Positions 10,287 through 19,201 of a stretch of 40,994 nucleotides of DNA are shown here, piece after piece. The stretch is from an uncultured Spirochaetota bacterium (GTDB lineage Bacteria > Spirochaetota > Spirochaetia > SZUA-6 > CAVTHK01). A model generated the notes under the pieces. The model had not been told where the DNA came from and did not search any database. It worked only from the letters and a program-made list of their open reading frames with translations. The number at the start of each line of letters is the position of its first letter. The first letter of the stretch is position 1. The position numbers and the translations under genes are program-made. Where the stretch lies: positions 1 through 40,994 of the forward strand of contig CAVTHK010000004.1 of the NCBI GenBank assembly GCA_963734495.1, read 5' to 3'.

Positions 10287-10778
10287 TCAGGGCCGCGCGG
10301 GCTTCCCGAGCTTGGCTAACACGGCCTCCGCGACGAGGGGCGGCACCATCTGGGAGATGTCGCCGCCCAGGCGGGCCACCTCCTTGATGCCCGACGAACG
10401 GAGCACGAAGTATTTCTGGTCGGTCGGGAGGAAGATCGTCTCGATCCGCGAGTTCAGCGCCCGGTTCATGGTCGAGAGCTCGAACTCGTAGTTGAAATCC
10501 GAAAGCGCGCGCACGCCGCGGAGCATGATGCGCGCCCCCAGCTTTTCCGCCATCTCGACGACCAGGCCTTCCCAGCGGTGCACGCGCACGTTGGGAAGGC
10601 CCGCGACGAGCCGCTGCATCATGCCGAACCGCTCCTCGGCGGAGAAGAACGTCCGCTTGTCGGGGTTGGTCGCGATCACGATCTCGAGCTCGTCAAAGAT
10701 GCGCACGGCGCGATTGATGATGTCGAGATGGCCGTTGGTGGGCGGGTCGAACGACCCCGGGTACATCACCCTCAACAT
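10287..10778 (-). CDS. coaD: Phosphopantetheine adenylyltransferase
   Basis: YPGSFDPPTNGHLDII, RGVRALSDFNYE and SSGIKE. Confidence 0.96.
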   Translation of the reverse strand: MLRVMYPGSFDPPTNGHLDIINRAVRIFDELEIVIATNPDKRTFFSAEERFGMMQRLVAGLPNVRVHRWEGLVVEMAEKLGARIMLRGVRALSDFNYEFELSTMNRALNSRIETIFLPTDQKYFVLRSSGIKEVARLGGDISQMVPPLVAEAVLAKLGKPARP

Positions 10779-10785
10779 GCCGGAT

Positions 10786-10850
10786 ACTCTATCCGCGCGA
10801 AGCCGCCACGGTCAACTTTGTTTGACAAGAGCAGTTTGCAGAGATAGAAT
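10786..10850. promoter_or_regulatory. Divergent sigma70 promoters for coaD and the lipoprotein gene
   Basis: Minus strand TTGACC-18-TAGAGT; plus strand TTGACA(10822)-17-TAGAAT(10845). Confidence 0.7.
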
Positions 10851-10860
10851 TGCGGCAAAG

Positions 10861-11451
10861 ATGTTGGCGGCCGTGGTCCTCGTCGCGTCTGTCCTCGCGC
10901 TGGGCGGGTGCGCGTCCGCGCCTCCGCCCGAGCAGGCGGTCCCGCAGCAGGCCCCGCCGGGCGCGGCTGCCGAGCCGGCGCAGGCGACTCCGGCGCCGCC
11001 CGCGCCCCAGCCGGCGCCCCCGGCGCCTCCGATCCCGGCGCCGGAGGCCCAGCCGCCGCGGCCGGAATACGCGGTCAGCAAAGAGGTCTACAACCGCACG
11101 TTCGATGAGATACGCGCGGTCATCACCGAGCTGAACACTCACATCGCCCGGGGGGAATATGAGGGATGGCTCGAGCACCTCACCGACAACTACGTGCGGG
11201 AGACGAGCAGGCAGGAGTACCTCGACAAGTGGAAAGAGGACCCCGAGCTCAAGCAGCGCGGGATCGTGCTCAGATCCCTCCACGACTTCTTCGAGTACCG
11301 GGTGGTCCCCACCCGCTCGCGGGCCCAGCTGGATGAGATCCAGTTCGTGGACGACAGTCACGTGTACGCGTACACCGTCCTCCGGGGCGAGAAGTACCTC
11401 CTGTACTACCTCGTCAAGACGGACAAGGGCTGGAAGGTCGACTTCTACTGA
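10861..11451 (+). CDS. Lipoprotein with Pro/Ala-rich linker, function unknown
   Basis: Hydrophobic signal ending in lipobox LGGC, a P/A/Q-rich stretch, then a globular C-terminal domain with strong coding bias. Confidence 0.75.
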   Translation: MLAAVVLVASVLALGGCASAPPPEQAVPQQAPPGAAAEPAQATPAPPAPQPAPPAPPIPAPEAQPPRPEYAVSKEVYNRTFDEIRAVITELNTHIARGEYEGWLEHLTDNYVRETSRQEYLDKWKEDPELKQRGIVLRSLHDFFEYRVVPTRSRAQLDEIQFVDDSHVYAYTVLRGEKYLLYYLVKTDKGWKVDFY

Positions 11452-11522
11452 TTCCAGGGACGGATTCGCCCAGGCGCGTACACGGACGTACGAGCGCCGG
11501 GCTGAGTTTGGCGAAGAGGTGA

Positions 11523-12260
11523 ATGGACATGACGAGCAGGTTTGCCGTGCTTCTTCTTCTGCTGCCGATGTTCGCGGCGTTGCCTGCGCCGGCCCAGGAC
11601 GCGAAGCCGGCCCGCGTGCCGACCATCGAGGAGCTCTACCTCACCAACCCGTGGGTCATGTCGGTCAGGGAGGAGGCGCTCTCGTACGACGCCGACATCA
11701 AGATGCAGGCCCTCACCGACATCGAGAAGAGGATGGGCGACGGGAAGCTCAAGGGCGACGACGAGCAGTCCGTGCAGGCCATCCTGATCGGGCTGGCCGA
11801 CGAAGGGACCCGCTACGCGGTCAGCGAGGATCGGAGGCTCGTCAACTACTACCCGACAGTGCGCCGCAAGGCCGCGGAGCTGCTCGGACGCCTCGGCAGC
11901 CAGACTGCGGACGCGCTGGTGCGCGACAGGGCCACCTTCAAGCTGCTGGATATGCTGAGCTTCGACGAAGAGGTCATGGTCAAGGCCGAGGCCGTGTACG
12001 GCCTGGGCGTCATCGGAAATGACAGCGAAGGCGTCGTGGCCGAAGTGATCGCGGACTCGATCCGCAGGCAGGGCAGCGTCGCGCCCGACAACAACTACGC
12101 CTATGCCACCGCGCTCGCGATCGAGAAGCTGGCGGAAAAGAACCAGGGGATGCGGGATTTCAGGGCCTACACCGCGCTCGTGACGATCATGCAGGGCAAC
12201 TACACGCGCATGGTCAAGGACAAGGCGTACGAGGTCCTGCAGAAAGTCCGCGGCTACTGA
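11523..12260 (+). CDS. Exported HEAT-repeat-like protein
   Basis: Signal peptide (LLLLLPMFAALPAPAQ) and HEAT-like VRRKAAELLGRLG and VKAEAVYGLG. Confidence 0.75.
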   Translation: MDMTSRFAVLLLLLPMFAALPAPAQDAKPARVPTIEELYLTNPWVMSVREEALSYDADIKMQALTDIEKRMGDGKLKGDDEQSVQAILIGLADEGTRYAVSEDRRLVNYYPTVRRKAAELLGRLGSQTADALVRDRATFKLLDMLSFDEEVMVKAEAVYGLGVIGNDSEGVVAEVIADSIRRQGSVAPDNNYAYATALAIEKLAEKNQGMRDFRAYTALVTIMQGNYTRMVKDKAYEVLQKVRGY

Positions 12261-12574
12261 GGCCGGGGGTGCTCCCCGCCGCGCGGAGTCTCGCCCTCGC
12301 GCGGCCGCGGCGCGGTCTCGTACGGGATGCGCTTGCGGATCGTGAACGGGGCGCCCGCGGCCCCGGAGCGGTACGACACGACGCCGAACGTGCCTTTCCC
12401 GAGGTAGGTGATCTTTTCCCCGGGCCCCAGCCCTTCGCGCTTCGAGAGATCCTGCAGGACGCAGTCGAAGTGTGCCGGCTTCTGCTCGTCCGGCGTGAGC
12501 ACCGCGGTCTTGCGGTCCCGCACCGGCTCCCCGCAGAACGGGCACAGCGGCAAGCGCTCGCCGTTCTCTGCCAT
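12254..12574 (-). CDS. Hypothetical protein with putative Zn site (CxxC...HxxC)
   Basis: CPFCG...AHFDC and YLGKGTFGVV; SD AAGGA; last gene of the rplS-tail operon. Confidence 0.75.
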   Translation of the reverse strand: MAENGERLPLCPFCGEPVRDRKTAVLTPDEQKPAHFDCVLQDLSKREGLGPGEKITYLGKGTFGVVSYRSGAAGAPFTIRKRIPYETAPRPREGETPRGGEHPRPQ

Positions 12575-12579
12575 CCGCG

Positions 12580-12717
12580 TCAGTCCTTCTGCACCAGGCC
12601 CTGGCTCATGCTCTGGGCGATCTTCTGGATCGCGAAGTCCAGGTACTTCTCGTCGTTGATGAGCTTCTTGAGCTCTTCGAGCTTCTTGAAGTCGATTGGC
12701 TTCGCGATCCTCACCAT
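12580..12717 (-). CDS. 45-aa micro-protein resembling the FlgM C-terminal domain (absent from the ORF track)
   Basis: MVRIAKPIDFKKLEELKKLINDEKYLDFAIQKIAQSMSQGLVQKD*. It fills the gap between yraN and the next gene, and almost all codons end in G/C. Confidence 0.75.
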   Translation of the reverse strand: MVRIAKPIDFKKLEELKKLINDEKYLDFAIQKIAQSMSQGLVQKD

Positions 12718-12720
12718 GGG

Positions 12721-13062
12721 TCAGTCACCAAACGCATCTCTGATGTGGTCGACGGAGCCCTCTCTCACCAGGACCACGTCGTATCTCACGTAGCTCGAGT
12801 CGCTTTCCGGGTGCGCCATCAGCCAGCGCCTCGAGGCCGAGATGATCCGCCGCCTCTTGTCGGGTCCCACCGACCACTCCAGGTATCCCGGGTCCGAGTG
12901 CGACTTGACCTCGACGAACACAACGCAGTCCCCCTCCTGCGCGACGATGTCGATCTCGCCTGCGCCCCCGCGCCAGTTGCGCTGCAGCACGCGCCAGCCC
13001 TGCCCCTCGAGATAGCGGGCCGCGGCCTCTTCACCCGTCCTGCCCCGCCTACTTGCGTTCAC
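12721..13062 (-). CDS. yraN: YraN/UPF0102 family nuclease-like protein
   Basis: GEEAAARYL, RNWR..GEIDIVA, VFVEVK and RYDV. Confidence 0.92.
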   Translation of the reverse strand: MNASRRGRTGEEAAARYLEGQGWRVLQRNWRGGAGEIDIVAQEGDCVVFVEVKSHSDPGYLEWSVGPDKRRRIISASRRWLMAHPESDSSYVRYDVVLVREGSVDHIRDAFGD

Positions 13063-14185
13063 CCTTGGCCGTTTCCATCGCGTTCGGATCGACCGGCTTG
13101 GCTATAAAGAGCTCCTTGTGCTCGAGCAGGTCCAGCGGGACCGGCTCCGCTATCCTCTGGCCGCTGGAGTCCACGATGAGCTCCAACCGGGGCCGCAGCG
13201 GGGCCTGCCCGTTGTTGGCGATGACGCGCCCTATGCTCGCGTCGTTCAGGAGGACAAGGCTGCCGACGGGGTGAATGCCCATGCACGTGAGAAAGGCCTT
13301 GAGCACCTGGGGGTCGAAGTGGCGCCCGTTGTCGCTCAGGATCCCCTTGATCGCCTTGTAGCCGATCACGGGGTCGCGGTACGCGCGGCGGTTGACCATC
13401 GCCTCGAAGGCGTCGGCGACCGCGACGATCCGCGCGGCGAGCGGGATCTCCTCGCCCTTGAGCCGCCTCGGGTAGCCCTTGCCGTCCCATCGCTCCTGGT
13501 GCAGCAGCGCGATCGCCGCCACGTCCTCCGGGTAGCGCAGCGCCTTGAGCACGGTGCTGTAGCCCTGGAGCGGGTGGGTCCTCACGACCCGGATCTCGTC
13601 CGCGCTGAGCGCGCCCTTCTTGGAGAGGATCGCATCGTCGATCGTGAGCATGCCCACGTCATGGAGAAGGGCGCCGGTGGTGAGCTGCACCAGCTTGAAG
13701 CTCAGGAGCTTCATGCTCCTGCCGATGACGGTCGCGAGGATCGCGGTGTTGATCGCGCTCGCCGAGAGCTTGCCGATGTTCTCGCCGCCGAGGAGCGCGT
13801 ACCTGATCAGCCCCTCCAGGTCCTTCTCGACCTCGGCGATGATCTCGTTGGCCATTCCGTCGATCGTGTCGTGCGAGACCCTGTCGCCGGATCTGACGGC
13901 CGAGAACACCTCTTCGAGCGCGCGGACCGAGCTCACGTACATGCGCAGGCTGCGGCGCTCGGGAGCCGCCGCGCCGCTTTGCCGGCCGCCGCCCGCCGTG
14001 GCGACGATCCCCGGCAGCAGGTCACCGTCGGTCATGACCTGGTCGACGCCCCACCTGGCGAGGAGGTCGATCTCGCGCTGCTTGAGCGGGATCTCCGGCT
14101 GGACGAGCACGGTGTCCTCGTCGATGTAGACCGTCTTGGAGAAACGCATCCCCGCCTGCAGACCCGACGCGCTGATCTTCTTCAT
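13049..14185 (-). CDS. HD-GYP domain protein (c-di-GMP phosphodiesterase family)
   Basis: LLHDVG, HPLQG, HQERWDGKGYP, ARIVAVADAFEAM and R.YR. Its own SD (AGGAG) precedes MKKIS. Confidence 0.88.
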   Translation of the reverse strand: MKKISASGLQAGMRFSKTVYIDEDTVLVQPEIPLKQREIDLLARWGVDQVMTDGDLLPGIVATAGGGRQSGAAAPERRSLRMYVSSVRALEEVFSAVRSGDRVSHDTIDGMANEIIAEVEKDLEGLIRYALLGGENIGKLSASAINTAILATVIGRSMKLLSFKLVQLTTGALLHDVGMLTIDDAILSKKGALSADEIRVVRTHPLQGYSTVLKALRYPEDVAAIALLHQERWDGKGYPRRLKGEEIPLAARIVAVADAFEAMVNRRAYRDPVIGYKAIKGILSDNGRHFDPQVLKAFLTCMGIHPVGSLVLLNDASIGRVIANNGQAPLRPRLELIVDSSGQRIAEPVPLDLLEHKELFIAKPVDPNAMETAKGERK

Positions 14186-14446
14186 CGCTCCTGCCCCTGT
14201 ACCGGGGGGTTCGACCCTGGCAACGAACACCAGCAGCTTCGCGATTATCTCATAGAACTCTTCAGGAATGAAGGCGCCCACGTCGAGCTCGACCAGCGCA
14301 TCGGCCACCTCGGGCTCCCGGACGAGCATGATCCCGTGGGCCTCGGCGATCTCGCGGATGCGGCGCGCGAGCGCACCGCGGCCCCGCGCCACCACCATGG
14401 GCGCCGGAAGAGAGCGCTCGTACCGGATCGCAACCGCCTTTTCCAT
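14186..14446 (-). CDS. FlhB C-terminal-like small protein (FlhX/YlqH type)
   Basis: KAVAIRY...APMVVARGRG.LA..I.E.A..HGI...IPEEFYEIIAKLL. In this assembly it reads in frame into the HD-GYP ORF. Confidence 0.85.
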
Positions 14447-14447
14447 C

Positions 14448-15458
14448 TCAACCCAGGAGATCCACGGCGCCCCCCGCCCGCTCGGCCGAGTACCCGTCAA
14501 AGGCGCGCGCGTCACTTACAGTATCGTCAACTTCGACGCCGTGGTTGTGCAGTTTCTCGCGGAGCCAGGCGAGCGCCGCCCGCGCCCTGCGCCGGGGGAG
14601 CGCTCTCTCGTCCTCGCAGAAGATCCGCAGACGCCTCCGGCCCGCCCGCTCCTCGAGCAGGAAGCCCCATGACGCGGTCCCCTTGACCTCGAGCGCGAGC
14701 CGGACGGGCCGCGCCCCCACGTACAGGAGCCGCGCCGTGCCCTGCAGATCCCGGCCGTCGTAGTCGAAGGCGAACGGGACCGCGACCCACGTCCCCGGCC
14801 CGTGCTGGTCCCCGCGCAGGGCGTTGAAGAGGGAGAGCGCGTTGTCTCCGCGGTCCCGAGCCAGCTCGCCCTTGACCGCGGCGGCCTGCTCGCTCTCCCG
14901 CCGGGGCAGCCTGCGCCTGCGGTAGCCGCCGCGGCCCGAGTCGTCTTCGAGATGCAGCAGGGAAAAGAGCCCGTCGAGGCCAGGCGAATCCGGATCGATC
15001 CCCTTGCCGACTGCCACGGCGAGCCCGCGGGCGCTCTTGCGCTCGGGGCCGGGAAGCGTCCGCAGCCGGGCCCTCGCCCGGACGAGCGCCGGGTCGTCCG
15101 GCGGTCTGCCCTCGCGGAGAAAGGCTTGCACGAGGCTCTGCATGAGCGCGTCGGCGGCGTGCGCGCCCGCCGACGGGGCGGAGTCCGCGGCCGACGCTCC
15201 CCGCGCCGCGGAGCCCGCCGGCTCCGCAAGCCTCAGCACGATCCGGCGGCCGGCCCGCTCCACGACCGCGGACAGCCGGTCGCCGACGCTCAGCGCGATC
15301 GCGGACGTCGCCGGGAAGACGCGCCCCTGGAGGCCGACCGCCCATTTGCCGTCGGCCAGAAGCTTCAGCACCTGCACCGTCACGCGTTCGCCGGCCCTGA
15401 TCTCCAGGGGGATCCGGGTCGCGATCCGGATGGTGCCGGCAACGGGCCCCGCGGTCAT
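14448..15458 (-). CDS. Hypothetical protein, possibly FliK/YlqG-like
   Basis: Co-oriented 336-aa ORF overlapping the rplS stop, directly upstream of the FlhX-like gene, with a beta-rich C-terminus (WVAVPF...GTARL). The FliK-like call rests on context. Confidence 0.6.
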   Translation of the reverse strand: MTAGPVAGTIRIATRIPLEIRAGERVTVQVLKLLADGKWAVGLQGRVFPATSAIALSVGDRLSAVVERAGRRIVLRLAEPAGSAARGASAADSAPSAGAHAADALMQSLVQAFLREGRPPDDPALVRARARLRTLPGPERKSARGLAVAVGKGIDPDSPGLDGLFSLLHLEDDSGRGGYRRRRLPRRESEQAAAVKGELARDRGDNALSLFNALRGDQHGPGTWVAVPFAFDYDGRDLQGTARLLYVGARPVRLALEVKGTASWGFLLEERAGRRRLRIFCEDERALPRRRARAALAWLREKLHNHGVEVDDTVSDARAFDGYSAERAGGAVDLLG

Positions 15459-15838
15459 TCAGCCGGACGCGCCGCCTCTCCTGTCGTTTCTTTTTTCTGG
15501 ATCAGCTCGGTGACCCTGGCGGCCTTGCCGAAGCGCTTGCGCATGTAGTAGAGCTTCGCGCGCCGGACCCGGCCGTGCCGCACGACCTCGACCTTGGCGA
15601 CCCTCGGCGAGCTCACGGGAAAGACGCGCTCGACGCCGACGCCGTAGGAGATCTTGCGCACGGTGAACGTCTTGCGGGCGCCCGCGTTCTTCTGCGCGAT
15701 GCAGAGCCCCTCGAAGACCTGGATGCGCTCGGTCTTGCCCTCGATGATGCGGTAATGCACCTTGAGCGTATCGCCGATCGCGAACGGCTCGATCCCTTCT
15801 CTCTTCTGGTCGGCCTCGACAAGCTTGATCAGGTCCAT
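15455..15838 (-). CDS. rplS: 50S ribosomal protein L19
   Basis: [26 protein letters not shown] and VRRAKLYY. Confidence 0.97.
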   Translation of the reverse strand: MDLIKLVEADQKREGIEPFAIGDTLKVHYRIIEGKTERIQVFEGLCIAQKNAGARKTFTVRKISYGVGVERVFPVSSPRVAKVEVVRHGRVRRAKLYYMRKRFGKAARVTELIQKKETTGEAARPAE

Positions 15839-15854
15839 GCCCGACTCCTTTCTT

Positions 15855-16586
15855 CTACTCGTCTTCTCTCCGCCGCCCGATCTCCTCAAGGAGCCGGCGG
15901 ACATGCTCGGGAAGCTCCCGCCCCTCGAGCAGATCGGGACGATTCGCCATCGTCTTCTCCACGCGCCGCGAGAGCCGCCACCGCTCGATCTGCGCGTGAT
16001 GCCCCGACACCAGGACCTCCGGCACGGCGCGCCCGCGGAAGACCGCCGGCCGGGTGTACTGCGGATGCTCCAGCAGCCCGTCGCCGAAGCTCTCCTCCTG
16101 CACCGACTCGTCGCGGATCACTCCGGGCACGAGCCGCAGAACGGCCTCGATGATCACCATCGAGGCGACCTCGCCGGAGAAGATCACGTAGTCTCCGATC
16201 GAGATCTCGTCCGTCACGAACTCATCCAGCACCCGCTGGTCCACGCCCTCGTAGCGGCCGCAGACCAGCACCATCTCCCGCAGGCTCGCCAGGCGCCGCG
16301 CATAGGCCTGGTCGAAGCGCCTGCCCGACGGGCTGGGGTAGACCACCCGGAGCCCCGGCGCTCCCAGCGACTCGAGCGCCGCGAACAGCGGCTCGGGCTT
16401 GAGCAGCATCCCTGGTCCGCCGCCGAACGGAACGTCGTCGCATTTGTGATGCGGGTCGGCGGCAAAGCTCCGGAAGTTCACCAGGTCGAAGCGCGCGAGC
16501 CCGCGCTCGACGGCGCGGCCCACCAGCGAGCTGCCGAGATAGCCGTCGAAGGCTTCCGGAAACAGGGTCAGGATGTGAAAGATCAA
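15855..16586 (-). CDS. trmD: tRNA (guanine37-N1)-methyltransferase
   Basis: [33 protein letters not shown] and [12 protein letters not shown] start overlaps the rimM stop. Confidence 0.96.
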   Translation of the reverse strand: MIFHILTLFPEAFDGYLGSSLVGRAVERGLARFDLVNFRSFAADPHHKCDDVPFGGGPGMLLKPEPLFAALESLGAPGLRVVYPSPSGRRFDQAYARRLASLREMVLVCGRYEGVDQRVLDEFVTDEISIGDYVIFSGEVASMVIIEAVLRLVPGVIRDESVQEESFGDGLLEHPQYTRPAVFRGRAVPEVLVSGHHAQIERWRLSRRVEKTMANRPDLLEGRELPEHVRRLLEEIGRRREDE

Positions 16587-17137
16587 GTCCCCCCCTCCGG
16601 GGGGGCCGGGTCCTGCGTCAGGCGGATCACTGCGCCGTCGACGTCCACTTCGCCGACGAACCCATCGCGAAACGGCACGAAGAACGTCCGCCCGTCGTCT
16701 CCGCGCACCTCGATGAGGTCCCCGGCCCCGGTGTTCACCACCGCGGCCACCGTGCCGACCGGTCCGCCGGGCGCGACGACCCGGCACCCCTCGAGGTCGG
16801 CCAGGTAATACTCACCGGCGGCCAGTGGCGCCGCCAGATCCCTGTCGACCCATATCTCCCACCCGGCCAGCGCCTTTGCCGCTTCCGGGCTGTCGATGCC
16901 GGCGAGCTTGATCCGGATGACGTCGCTCGCGCCGGCGCTCACTTCCTCGACCCGGCGCGTCACGACCTGGCTGCCGAGCCGCAGCCGCACCTCGCGCAGC
17001 CCCGCGAAATGGGCCGTTTCGCCGGAGAGCGAGCGGACCTTTACGTGCCCCCTCGCGCCGTGCGAAGTCATCACGACCCCGATGACCAGCTCCCCTGCAG
17101 CCTTTCGTCCCTCCGTAGTCAATCCCGCCTGCCCCAT
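16583..17137 (-). CDS. rimM: Ribosome maturation factor RimM
   Basis: [19 protein letters not shown] and a PRC-barrel-like C-terminus; expected operon position. Confidence 0.93.
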   Translation of the reverse strand: MGQAGLTTEGRKAAGELVIGVVMTSHGARGHVKVRSLSGETAHFAGLREVRLRLGSQVVTRRVEEVSAGASDVIRIKLAGIDSPEAAKALAGWEIWVDRDLAAPLAAGEYYLADLEGCRVVAPGGPVGTVAAVVNTGAGDLIEVRGDDGRTFFVPFRDGFVGEVDVDGAVIRLTQDPAPPEGGT

Positions 17138-17198
17138 CGGCCGCCGCGGCCGCGCGGCGAGTACGCCAGGTCAGGGCACCCGGCGGGCCGCGCCCGGC

Positions 17199-17432
17199 CT
17201 AGTCGAGGATCTCCAGCACCACGCGCTTCCCGCTCTTGGTCGCCGTGGCGCTCAGGATCGTGCGGACCGCTTTCGCGATCCGACCGTGCTTGCCGATCAC
17301 TTTGCCGATGTCAGGCTCCGCGACCTTGAGCTCGAGAATCGTGGACTTCTCCCCCTCGATCATGTTCACCATGACCCCGCCGGGATCGTCCACCAGACAC
17401 TTGGCTATGTATTCGACGAGTTCTTTCTCCAC
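17199..17432 (-). CDS. khpA: KH-domain RNA-binding protein
   Basis: [18 protein letters not shown]; lies between rpsP and rimM. Confidence 0.92.
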   Translation of the reverse strand: MEKELVEYIAKCLVDDPGGVMVNMIEGEKSTILELKVAEPDIGKVIGKHGRIAKAVRTILSATATKSGKRVVLEILD

Positions 17433-17448
17433 TCGCTTCTCCAGGCCC

Positions 17449-17700
17449 TCACCGGACGCGGAAGTTCTTGCGGTTGAGGAGCCTCCTCACGGTCTCGCTC
17501 GGCTCGGCACCCTGCTTGAGCCACTCCCGCACCCGCTCCTCTTTGAACGTCACCTGCTTTTCCTCGACCTCGATCGGGTGGTAGAAGCCGACCTCCTCCA
17601 GCGTCCTCCCGTCGCGGGCCGTCCTGGAATCCATCACGACGATCCGGTAGAAAGGCCGCTTGGTCGTTCCGAACCTCTTGAGCCTGATCTTCACGCTCAC
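17449..17700 (-). CDS. rpsP: 30S ribosomal protein S16
   Basis: [27 protein letters not shown] start overlaps the ffh stop. Confidence 0.97.
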   Translation of the reverse strand: MSVKIRLKRFGTTKRPFYRIVVMDSRTARDGRTLEEVGFYHPIEVEEKQVTFKEERVREWLKQGAEPSETVRRLLNRKNFRVR

Positions 17701-19037
17701 TGTGACCCTCCTGTCACCCTCGAAAGCATCTCTCTCTGAAGATTGGGATTGCGCGTCATCTTGCGCATCATCTCGCGCGTTTTCTCGAACTGCTTGATCA
17801 GCCGGTTGACCTCGTAAACGGACGTCCCGCTGCCCCGGGCGATGCGCTTGCGCCGCGAGGGGCCGATGATCCGGTGGTTGCCCCGCTCGCCCCGCGTCAT
17901 CGACAGGATGATGGCCTCGTTGGTCTTGATCTGCGCCTCGTCGATCTTGTCCTCGACGCCGGCGCCGCTCAATCCCGGTATCATCTCGAGGAGCGACTTG
18001 ACGCTCCCCATCTTGCGCACGCGCCGGAACTGCTGCAGGAAATCCTCCAGCGTGAACGTCCGGCTGTCGATCTTGGCCGCGAGCTCTTCGGCCTCGCGCG
18101 CCTCCATCGTCGCCTGGGCGCGCTCGACCAGCGTGACGACGTCGCCCATCCCGAGGATCCGCGACGCCATCCGATCGGGATGGAAAGGCTCCAGGTTGTC
18201 GAGGTGCTCGCCCACGCCGACGAACTTGATCGCCTTGCCGGTGATGGTCCGGATCGAAAGCGCCGCGCCGCCGCGCGTGTCCGAATCGAGCTTGCTGAGG
18301 ATGACCCCGGTAACCCCGATCTTCTCGTCGAACGCGCGGGCGATCTCCACCGCGTTCTGGCCGGTCATCGCGTCGGCGACGAGGAGCACCTCGTCCGCGG
18401 AAACCGCGCTCCGCACCGCCGCGAGCTCCGACATGAGCGCCTCGTCGATCTGCAGCCGGCCCGAGGTGTCGACGAGCACCGTGTCGAGCTGGTGGCGCCG
18501 CGCGTGCTCCAGCCCCGCCTTTGCCGCGGCGACGGCGTCGTGCCCCGAGGCGACACCGAAGAAATCGACGCCCACCTGCGACGCAAGCACCCGCAGCTGC
18601 TCCACCCCCGCGGGCCGCACGAGATCCGCGGCCACCAGCAGCGGACGCCGGCCGCGCTTCTTGAGCAGCAGCGCGAGCTTGGCCGCGGCCGTCGTCTTGC
18701 CGGAGCCCTGCAGGCCGCACATCAGGATCGTCGTCTGGGTGTCGGGCCCCTTGAGGGCCAGGTCCTGCCGCTCATCGCCGAGCAGCTGGACCAGCTTGTC
18801 GTGCACCAGCTTGACGAACTGCTGTCCCGGCGCCACCGAGCGCAGGACCTTCTCGCCGACCGCCTCTTCGACCATGCGGTTGACGAAGCGTCGCACGACG
18901 CGAAGGTTGACGTCAGCTTCGAGCAGCGCGAGCTTGATTTCCTCGATCGCGTCCCGGACGTTCTGCTCCGAGATGTGCGCTTTCCCGCCGAGCTGTCTTA
19001 CGATATCCGAGAGTTTCCCTGAAAGGCGTTCCAGCAT
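17697..19037 (-). CDS. ffh: Signal recognition particle protein
   Basis: GLQGSGKTT, DTSGR, KLDSDTRGGAALS, RILGMGD and M-domain SRRKRIARGSG. Confidence 0.98.
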   Translation of the reverse strand: MLERLSGKLSDIVRQLGGKAHISEQNVRDAIEEIKLALLEADVNLRVVRRFVNRMVEEAVGEKVLRSVAPGQQFVKLVHDKLVQLLGDERQDLALKGPDTQTTILMCGLQGSGKTTAAAKLALLLKKRGRRPLLVAADLVRPAGVEQLRVLASQVGVDFFGVASGHDAVAAAKAGLEHARRHQLDTVLVDTSGRLQIDEALMSELAAVRSAVSADEVLLVADAMTGQNAVEIARAFDEKIGVTGVILSKLDSDTRGGAALSIRTITGKAIKFVGVGEHLDNLEPFHPDRMASRILGMGDVVTLVERAQATMEAREAEELAAKIDSRTFTLEDFLQQFRRVRKMGSVKSLLEMIPGLSGAGVEDKIDEAQIKTNEAIILSMTRGERGNHRIIGPSRRKRIARGSGTSVYEVNRLIKQFEKTREMMRKMTRNPNLQREMLSRVTGGSQ

Positions 19038-19068
19038 CCGGAGGCATCCTGATCACGAATACCGCGTA

Positions 19069-19097
19069 TATATATAGACAAAGCAAGGGGATGTCAA
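19069..19097 (-). promoter_or_regulatory. sigma70-like promoter for the ffh operon
   Basis: TTGACA followed after about 17 nt by an AT-rich TATATATA tract. Confidence 0.55.
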
Positions 19098-19201
19098 CCG
19101 AGGCAGCCGCGTGGAAACGTTAACCGCGGCTCCCGGACGAGAAGAGCAAAGCTGAAGGCAGCCGCCCGCGGGTTCCCCTGCCCTGCGGGCGGCCGTGTCG
19201 C

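Noticed and set aside
19080..19200. Possible SRP RNA (ffs) next to ffh
   Set aside because: No CAGG...GNRA...AGCAG domain IV motif on either strand, only two short hairpins.
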